Shown here: positions 55,205-64,000 of the stretch, in pieces | Numbering within the stretch: position 1 is the stretch's first letter | Layout of the letters: each line of letters starts with the position of its first letter | DNA from: Macrostomum hystrix | Taxonomy: Eukaryota; Animalia; Platyhelminthes | Length of the DNA stretch: 64,000 nucleotides | Assembly: GCA_950097015.1 (NCBI GenBank) | Contig: CATNEN010000038.1 | Coordinates: 17,732,001 to 17,796,000, forward strand | Direction of reading: 5' to 3' | Notes under the pieces: generated by a model | What the model was told of the DNA's origin: nothing | Databases searched by the model: none | Seen by the model: the letters and a program-made list of their open reading frames with translations, nothing else | Translations under genes and position numbers: made by a program

Positions 55205-57328
55205 GGCTGGCAGTGTGGCACTCTGTCTGGCCGCTAGCAGCGTGTGCTTTCAGTTTCGTTTGTTTTGTGAGGCAGGTTTATAATTTCTGCAAAGAACAAA
55301 GATTTTTTGTCGCATTGTGTCAGGCAACATGAAACACAGGAATAATACATATTTTTTACTGCAAAAAATTAGTATCATAATCATAAAATATGCACATAAA
55401 GGACTAAATGAGTGCGTTTTTATAGCAAAGCAAGGATCTACGAGCTCAATACAGAAAACTTAAAAAAGAAACATTTTTATCAGAACTTTCCTAAATATCT
55501 AGATTTCATTAAAAGAAAAAAGGTTGCTAAAATTTCGAAGCAGGTAATTTTTTGAATATGGATGGCTATTATTTATAAGTACAATGAGTAATTAGGTGAT
55601 GCTTTATTTTTTCAAAACATTTAAAATATAAATATGTGATATATACAATACAGTTAGAGTTATTTGACTGGAGCAAAAAGGGCTTTTATTTTAAGTGAAG
55701 GTTCAGAAGGCTGGAAGGTTAAAGGTGGATATAATTTTTGCCGCTTTTTGCACAAGTATGCTCTGGTGTCTGCACTCACCCTTGAACATAAAGCTAACAA
55801 TGACTATACTTGTTTATATCCCAATGAAAGTAATGTGAATATAAAAATATACAAAAAACTAAATATTTTGCGACAAGGTGCTTAAATAACACTGATATAT
55901 TATGGTTTATATTAAGGAAAATATTATTGAAGTTAATTTTACGGAAGATATGCTTCATTACAATAGTACTTCATTTTAAAGACTTGCCGGAAAAAGTTTC
56001 AAGTTATAAATTAAATGTGTATTTGATGTCACTAGAAGTTAGAGATAATTATATTGTTTTTTTTAATTAAAGAGATTCGAAAATTTTATTTATGTTTATT
56101 AAATTTAATTTTTTATCAAATACAAAGAAAAAACATTTCATAGCAAAATACTTGTTATTTCGTTTACATTTTCAAGAAAACACTATTCTTAGAAAGATAA
56201 TTGGCTTTTATTTGTGTTTCTAAAAAGCATAGAACTAATTGTTTGGTGGACTATAAAGTAACGCTGCTATGAGATTATCACAACGCTGCTATATGTTTGT
56301 TGCAGAATTCGAAAGTTTTTATCATAACTTTTTCATCAGTTGCCTTCAAAACGTTGCCTTTGATATTTGCCTTTGTCTTGGGCTGGGAAGGCAATCCATT
56401 GCCTTTTAAGTTAAAAGCTTATAATTTGTTTCAAATATACTTTACTTATCATTCAACACATTCAGTTATTTCATTTGCTTTACTTGCAGTGCCTGCAATT
56501 CCTTAGTCTTACTCCTATATGCTTTATCTATGACTATCTCCTTGTATGCGTTCAATCTCTATGGACACTGACTCTTGACAGCCTTGACTTAAATATATAT
56601 ATATGTTATAAGTAATATTTAATACTGCTATTATATAGTCTCACTAAAAAGAATACATAGTTTCTGAAGCATTTGAATTTCCTGCCTTTTTCTTGTGAGA
56701 ATTATGAATACTATAGTTACTTGACTTCAGTTAGCTAGCTACTATAACTTTACTAGTTTATGAATAGAACACTCACCAATTTCAATATTATTGTTTGTAG
56801 TTAATTGAATTTCATTTAACTGCGAATTATGTCTATCTAAGACCTGTGGATCACTTTGCCAATAGCTAGGCCCTAGGTCTAGCTGTAACTTCTGATTTCT
56901 TTTTGCTTTTTTAAATCAAAATTATATGATCCCTAGATGTTTCTTTATTATTTGTTGTTAGTTTTCTTCATATAATTATGAAGGTTAAGTAAACAAGATA
57001 TTGCTTCTATAGTATAATTTGTATATAAGCTATTATGTACTTAACATGTACGTAGCACTGATACCTAGCTATACAAAAGTCTGAATTGTATTGAATAATT
57101 GTTGTGATATGTGTTAGGCCTAGGCTTATTTCAAATCTTAATATTAGTGTTGTCAGTATGCAAAAAATATCTCTAGAAAGTTTGCTTTTACTAACTTATT
57201 TATTTCAGCAGCAAATTTGCCTTTAATTAGCAATTATTGCTGATTTAAAAAATAACTGTTGTTCATCTGACACTGAAACTACTGACAACAACAAGTTAAA
57301 CAACAGCCTCAGTAACCTGTCAAACCTG

Positions 57329-60300
57329 TTGCATAGGCGTAGACTTTGCCTCTCACTGGCCACACTTGTGGCAGTGGTGATTGGCATTGTTCTATTGCCA
57401 TTTGTTTTGATACCAATTGGACATGCCTACAGTGGATACAGAAGTGATAAGATTGGTTTAATATCAGGGTCGCCTAATGATGTTGTTCATCAAAAAATTG
57501 AACACTGGTGGTGGCCAGTTAAACTTTGTGCCAACTTGCTTGGCTATGCCACTGCGCTGGGTCCATTGTACTTTGCCGTGCTACTCATAAGAAAATATCA
57601 TCATAATAGGAATGCAGAAGGAGAGGTGAGACTTTGGATTAAATTGTCTTTTAAAGCTTGAATTTAATAAGTTGAAAATACAAATAATACATAGCAGTTA
57701 AGTAATTGAACAAAAATTCAATAGATATGGCGTCTCCCCTGTCCATGGACTGAACAGATTATATAGCTAGGCTAGACCCATGTAAATTTTTTGTTTTTTT
57801 TTCTAAAAAATAAGAATTTGTTTTTGAAACATGCCAGGAGGTTGATCAAGCAGCTTTAGAAGCGAAATCGCGCACTGAAATATTACACACAGCGACAGCA
57901 GCTTCGGACATTCAAGATGCAAGTTCTTCTCTCACCTCGACTGTGAGATTGTGCGGCTGTTTTCTTGGCCTTCAGGCGGCCTATCTGACCTGGGGCGTGC
58001 TACAAGAACAGGTGATGACCACAGCCTACGGATCTGCAGTCGGGGCCAATGAAATTGGGGAAAGATTTCGAGATTCACAGTTTTTAGTCTTTACTAATCG
58101 GTTATTGGCTGGCTGTCTGGCTATCGGCCTGATGCTGTCGCTGCGTTGTTGTAGCAAAAGCAAGACCAGTTTGGCATCGACAATTTCATCACCGTCTGTG
58201 CTAGACTATGCCTACTGCTCAGTGTCAAATATACTCAGCGCCTGGTGTCAGTATGAGGCGCTGCTGTTTGTTAGTTTTCCAACCCAAGTGCTGGCCAAGG
58301 CTTGTAAGATTGTGCCAGTGATGTTGATGGCTAAACTTGTGTCCCGGCGAACTTATCGATCGGATGAGTATGGCACCGCTGCACTAATTAGTGCAGGTAA
58401 GAATCTAAGCCGTTTGTCTATGGGATCTATAAGTACTAAGTCCGTTTTAGACATAAAATGTGCGAGTGTTTTTACTCAGACACACAGGAACATATGGTAT
58501 TTTTGTGTTATCATAGTTTCGTACGAGTAAGTTTGTCTGATATTTGATAGACTGGGTCCCTACTGAATTGGATAATTAATATACTTGATCTAAAAATTGC
58601 TCATTAGTAACATTATTTTCAATTAACTGATCCTTGAATAAAATTGGTCTTAGATAAACTGGATATCAGATAAACTGGATCTCAGATAAACTGGATCTTA
58701 GATAAACTGGATCTTAGATAAACTGGACCTTAGATAAACTCGCTGTTAGATGAACTGGATCTTAGATGAACTGAATCTTAGATAAACTGGACCTTAGATA
58801 AACTGGATGTTAGATAAACTGAATCTTAGATAAACTGAATCTTAGATGAACTGGATCTTAGATAAACTGGATCTTAAATAAACTGGATCTTAGATAAACT
58901 TTATCTTTGATAAACTGAATCTTCGATAAACTGAATCTTAGATAAACTGGATCTTAGATAAACTTTATCTTTGATAAACTGAATCTTAGATAAACTGGAT
59001 CTTAAATAAACTAGATGTTAGATAAACTGAATCTTAGATAAGCTGGATCTTAGATAAACTGGATCTTAGATAAACTGGATCTTAGATAAACTGGATCTTA
59101 GATAAACTGAATCTTAGATAAACTGGATCTTAGATAAACTGAATCTTAGATAAACTGGATCTTAGATAAACTTTATCTTTGATAAACTGAATCTTCGATA
59201 AACTGAATCTTAGATAAACTGAATCTTAGATAAACTGGATCTTAGATAAACTTTATCTTTGATAAACTGGATCTTAGATAAACTGGATCTTAGATAAACT
59301 GTATCTTAGATAAACTGGATCTTAGAAAAACTGGACCTTAGATAAACTGGATCTTAGATAAACTGAGTCTTAGATAAACTGGATCTTAGATAAACTGGAT
59401 CTTAGATAAACTGGATCTTAAATAAACAGTATATTAGTAGTCTTAGACCATTTATAAGCTTAAATACACAACAAGTTTAAATTTGCATGCGTATAAAATT
59501 TTAACCAGCGGCTCAATGAAATTAGCATAACGTTTAAATTTATTAGCGATTTTTGAATAAAAACTAATTTAATGGCAATCTCATTGTAGGCACTAGCTTA
59601 TTTTTACTGTCTACCAGCTCAGCAGAGTCTGGTCGCTCACATCAGCATCGTCAACAGCAGCAGCAGCAGCAGCTTATTGGCGGTGACAGTTTCAGCGGCT
59701 GCGCGCTGCTAGCCGGCTATATGCTGTTTGACTCGTTCACGAGCACGTGGCAGAGCAGGCTGTTTATAAAGTACAGGCTAACGCCGCTTCAGCTGATGGC
59801 TGGCACTTCCCTGCTGTCAGCTGCCTTGACGGTAATTAATGGGCTTTTTTTAAATACTATTTTAGTTATTTGAGTACTGGAGGTATCGATTCAGGCTCAC
59901 TTAAAGTGTTAGCTTATAGCTAGAGGACTAAAGGTTTAGATGGCGGTTAGCTGATGACCTGAAGGTTGCTTAGCGTCTACCTGATGACCTGAATGTTTCT
60001 TAGCGTCTACCTGATGACCTGAAGGTTTCTTAGCGTCTACCTGATGACCTGAAGGTTTCTTAGCGTCTAGCTGATGACCTGAAGGTTTCTTAGCGTCTAG
60101 CTGATGACCTGAAGGTTTCTTAGCGTCTAGCTGATGACCTGAAGGTTTCTTAGCGTCTAGTTGATGACCTGAAGGTTTCTTAGCGTCTAGCTGATGACCT
60201 GAAGGTTTCTTAGCGTCTAGCTGAAAGACGCAGGGTTAGATGGCTTGATTCTGGTAACCTGAAGGTGTTTAATGATTCTTCGCCTCACTATATACAGCAA

Positions 60301-60823
60301 AGTAGGGTTGAATATCTTAGATTTGAATATTTATTGTTTACAATTTTATCATTTGACTCAGAGATTTCGCATATACTACTCACAGGTAGCATGTAGCATA
60401 GTACTCAGCCAGTGTCTATCAAGCTCATCAATTTCCACGCAGGTCACCACGCAGCTGCAGCAGGGCTCTCTTCCAGCCGCAGTGGCCTTCGCCGCTCGTC
60501 ATCCCGTCTTTCTGAGTCACGTGACCCTGCTATCGCTGTGCTCCGCTGTAGGCCAATTGCTGATCTTTTATACCATCGAAAACTTTGGCCCCGTGACCTT
60601 TGTTGTTATCATGACAGTGCGACAAGCGTTTGCCATTCTTCTCTCCTGCCTGCTGTTCAGACATCCGTTTGGCGGCTTCTGGGGCGGCTGCGGCCTGGCG
60701 GCCGTTTTTCTGGCCCTGTTTCTTAGAATCTGGCTGGCCAGACGACGGAAGAGACAAATTGGGCGGAGCATTGTTTCGACAGGTGGCACCAACGAGGCGT
60801 CAATGACGCGGCATGTGGTTTGA
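57329..60823 (+). CDS. SLC35B2: PAPS transporter 1 (nucleotide-sugar transporter family); start codon unresolved
   Basis: Exons (open from 57227)-57625, 57838-58396, 59590-59831 and 60443-60823 join in phase. Motifs typical of SLC35B2/slalom are GLQAAYLTWGVLQEQVMT, SQFLVFTNR, SNILSAWCQYEAL.FVSFPTQVLAKACK..PVMLM, GYMLFDSFTSTWQ and GQLLIFYTI..FG...F..IMTVRQ. Confidence 0.92.
58640..59425. repeat. Intronic minisatellite, 16-bp unit TAGATAAACTGGATCT
   Basis: About 48 copies in SLC35B2 intron 58397-59589. Confidence 0.95.
59948..60225. repeat. Intronic minisatellite, 30-bp unit CTGATGACCTGAAGGTTTCTTAGCGTCTAG
   Basis: About 9 copies in intron 59832-60442. Confidence 0.94.
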
Positions 60824-60884
60824 CGAATGGCGCTGTTTTTTTATTGATTTGGTCGCTTTATCGTTGTTAACAGTAAAAAATATT

Positions 60885-61430
60885 TCCCCTCCTGGAAAAA
60901 GACTTCTCTATTCCCCCCTGGAAAAAGACTTCTCTATTCCCCCCTGGAAAAAGACTTCTCTATTCCCCCCTGGAAAAAGACTTCCCTATGTCCCCCCCCT
61001 GGATAAAGACCACTCTATTTCCCCCTGGATAAAGACCACTCTATTTCCCCCTGGAAAAAGACTTCTCTATTCCCCCCCTGGAAAAAGACTTCTCTATTCC
61101 CCCCCTGGAAAAAGACTTCTCTATTTCCCCCCTGGATAAAGACCACTCTATTTCCCCCTGGAAAAAGACTTCTCTATTCCCCCCCTGGAAAAAGACTTCT
61201 CTATTTCCCCCCTGGATAAAGACCACTCTATTTCCCCCTGGATAAAGATCACTCTATTTCCCCCTGGAAAAAGACCACTTTATTTCCCCCCTGGATAAAG
61301 ACCGCTCTATTTCCCCCCTGGATAAGGACCACTCTATTTCCCCCTGGAAAAAGACTTCTCTATTCCCCCCTGGAAAAAGACTTCTCTATTTCCCCCCTGG
61401 ATAAAGACCACTCTATTTCCCCCTGGAAAA
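60885..61430. repeat. Minisatellite, 26-28-bp unit CCCCTGGA(A/T)AAAGAC(TT/CA)CTCTATT(T)C
   Basis: About 20 copies just downstream of the SLC35B2 stop codon. Confidence 0.94.
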
Positions 61431-61737
61431 CACTCCAACGAGAATTTTTTGCAGTCGTAGCTTGTTGGTTTATTGGCCATTTTATCGAAACTTTTTTTTC
61501 ATTATTCTCTAAACTTGGGAACAAAAAATAACTGTTGATTTTATTCCTAGAATCTGTCTTTAATTGTCCATTGTTGTTTTTTTTGTTGTAACATTTTTAA
61601 AAAAATGTCATGCATGCTTTTAAGTGAAGTCGCATTCATTCAGTATTTTCAATAAAAATTGAATTAATTATTTGAAACATGCAATCTTTGAATCTCCTAA
61701 TTACACATCAAACGCAATGTTTGTGTATTATTGAGAT

Positions 61738-62167
61738 TTGAGACGGTCATAGCTTGCGGTGGGATGGTCTTTGAGACGGTCATAGCTTGCGGTGAGATGG
61801 TCTTTGAGACGGTCATAGCTTGCGGTGAGATGGTCTTTGAGACGGTCATAGCTTGCGGTGAGATGGTCTTTGAGACGGTCATAGCTTGCGGTGAGACGTT
61901 CATAGCTTGCGGTGAGACGTTCATAGCTTGTGGTGAGACTGTCATAGCTTGTGGTGAGACGGTCATAGCTTGTGTTGAGAAGGTCATAGCTTGTGGTGAG
62001 ACGGTCATAGCTTGTGGTGAGACGTTCATAGCTTGTGGTGAGACGTTCATAGCTTGTGGTGAGACGTTCATAGCTTGTGGTGAGACGTTCATAGCTTGTG
62101 GTGAGACGTTCATAGCTTGTGGTGAGACGGTCTTTGAGACGGTCATAGCTTGCGGTGAGACGTTCAT
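61738..62167. repeat. Minisatellite with 21-bp (GAGACGTTCATAGCTTGTGGT) and 33-bp units
   Basis: About 17 units. Confidence 0.94.
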
Positions 62168-63054
62168 ATAGGCGGAGATTCTGGACATTCAGACAAATAA
62201 CTTGGCATTCCGACTGTTGGAAACAGTTTTGTACGAATCTCAAAACAGAAAAAGCCAAAAAGATTTTTTAAACTAAATCCTATACAAACTTAAGGTCCAT
62301 CCATGGTGCCCAAGCCAATTAACTAAAACACGAAGCACATAGTTTCACTCTTCTGTAGAAAAGAATTAATTTCTCGCACCACGCAGAGCGGGCACTCACT
62401 CTATGATGTATTAAGAGTACATTTTCTCACTCTGCCTCTCTTTCTGTAGGCAGCAGAGTATGACTGCCGGGGGCCTATAACTCGTTAGAAATGAAAACTT
62501 GTTAATTCGCAATTGTTCCAAGTATTTTTTAAAGTTTCAAATTAATTTAGCAGCTTGCAATTGTAGAGGCCAACGGAGCGAAGAGACACGCATAATCTAT
62601 ACTACGTACATTTTAGCTCTCTCGCAATGCATCTTTAGTGCTTTCTGTCTTGCGTAGACAACCTGTGTAGCTTCTAGAGGTAAATGAGGCCATTCTATTA
62701 GAGCTTGCATTAGAACAGTGGCAAGAGTTGCTCTGTTAAAGATTTTCTACCAGACCCATTAGCTAGCGTATGTCCACTGAAACCCGCCGCGAAATGAATT
62801 TATTTAGTGTCTCGCCTGCAGAGGACTGAGCAGTCAGCGCTGCTCACCCTCGCGACCCTGGAGGGGGTGGTTTTACGATGAATTCGTCACAGACTGGAGT
62901 CGTCATTTAATTTCGGAGCGCAGCAGGCAGCAGCAGCCTATATTTATTTAGCACCTGAGCGAATAGAATTGCCAAAATTATCGAGATTTAGTTGGTAACA
63001 CTTGGTACAGTTACACTGCTAGTCCAGTGCTTTCTCTAGCCAGAACTATAAAAA

Positions 63055-64000
63055 ATGTCTGGAGCGTCCATCACTCAGAGACTGCCGCTTGTGGAGCTGA
63101 AAGGTCCTGTGTTCGAGTCCGACACGCAATGGCAGCCGGGCCGATCGCTGCAGGAGGCAGGCACCGCAGCTGCAGCGGACAGAATTATTAATCAGCAGGG
63201 CGCGATTCGAACCCGCGACCACAGACTGCTGTCGGAATCGCAACCACAGCAGCAGATGCCGACGTCGACGTCGACACCGCGCCAGCATCAGTATCATCAC
63301 CAGCTGCATCGCGAAGCCTCCCAGATCACCATGGCAACAATTGCCATGGAGAGGTATCGTCGAAGACGCGATCAGAACGCAGCCTCGGCCTCGATGGAAC
63401 TGGACGGGCGCCATCTGTCCGCCGTGGGCCAGCGTCGAGTGCATCAGCAGCAGTCCATCTCACTGCCATCAACAGCCACCACAAATCAGCAGGTAATTGT
63501 GTTGCGATTGTCGGGGAGTGTGGCGGAACGGTTAACGCTTTGCCTCCCGCGCCAAGGTCCAAGCTCGATTTCCGCGGCGAGGCCACATTTATTTGGAGCG
63601 CAGCCGCGCAGAGATGGCTTGGTGGCTTGTCGTGCAAATATACTCCATTTGAAGGCCGACCTCCAAAGCATAGTGAGCTGGTACGGTATCTGGTTGTGTG
63701 TGTGCTCAGGAGTCAGCGAAATGGGTACCTCCTCGCTGGCTGCGGGTCTCGTGCCATCAGAATGGTGTGCGATTGCCCACAGCTCTTCTGAAACTATTCT
63801 TAGCGATTTGATTGTCTGCTCAACGTGAAAATTCCTGGCCAGATTTATTAGAGATCCACGGTGATTTTTAACCGACTCTAAACGACTTAGGCAGCGTCGC
63901 CGCCGCCGCCCACAACATCTCTGACTATAACGGCGCCCCGTGCGGCTCAAGCGGCAGTGGCTTCATCCGGTGCCGCGGGTCCCAGCTCTCTGCCGTTCGT
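63055..64000 (+). CDS. 5' part of an unidentified gene with a low-complexity Q/H/S/A-rich N-terminus; continues beyond the window
   Basis: Exon 63055-63492 (AAAAATG start, CAG|GTAATT donor) joins in phase 0 to an open exon starting at 63891 (TTAG|GCA). Confidence 0.65.
63513..63801 (+). mobile_element. tRNA-derived SINE family A, near full-length intronic copy
   Basis: The head GGGGAGTGTGGCGGAACGGTTAACGC...AGCTCGATTTCC has A-box-like and B-box-like motifs. The body and 3' part are shared with the copies at 2026 and 21708. Confidence 0.72.

Noticed and set aside
57228-57236. TMV-type readthrough motif TAG-CAA-TTA in the SLC35B2 leader
   Set aside because: It is not in the SLC35B2 reading frame. 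The blocking stop is TAA at 57224.
59948-60230. Hammerhead ribozyme array (CTGATGA plus a short stem in each unit)
   Set aside because: The stem is followed by TTTC rather than GAAA, and no stem I can be formed. A faint tRNA-arm resemblance is too weak to call.
63493-63828. C-terminal part of ORF 63055-63828
   Set aside because: It is read-through into an intron occupied by a SINE.

Overview
Eukaryotic (metazoan) genomic DNA with GT-AG spliceosomal genes. The AT-rich spacers, short exons and introns packed with 15-34 bp minisatellites resemble the flatworm Macrostomum, but this is an inference I cannot confirm. I assembled the gene models by hand from splice-site phase. They are MEIG1 (+), an unidentified multi-pass membrane protein gene (+, 2.7-14.8 kb), cathepsin L (-), BAG1 (-), CLUAP1/IFT38 (+), an unidentified 12-exon EF-hand protein gene (-), SLC35B2/PAPST1 (+, no in-frame ATG visible) and the 5' part of a low-complexity protein gene (+). 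Mobile DNA includes a 5'-truncated RTE-group LINE, four copies of one tRNA-derived SINE family and a 14 kb head-to-tail array of seven non-autonomous Helitron-like elements carrying a 15-bp minisatellite. The most striking pattern is that almost every long intron is filled by its own minisatellite. On the sense strand these units often consist of splice signals: copies of the real donor, copies of the real acceptor, CTAAC/CTGAC branch motifs, or AG|GT junctions. Most long ORFs in the supplied track are repeat artefacts. No prokaryote-type features (CRISPR, rRNA) are supported.
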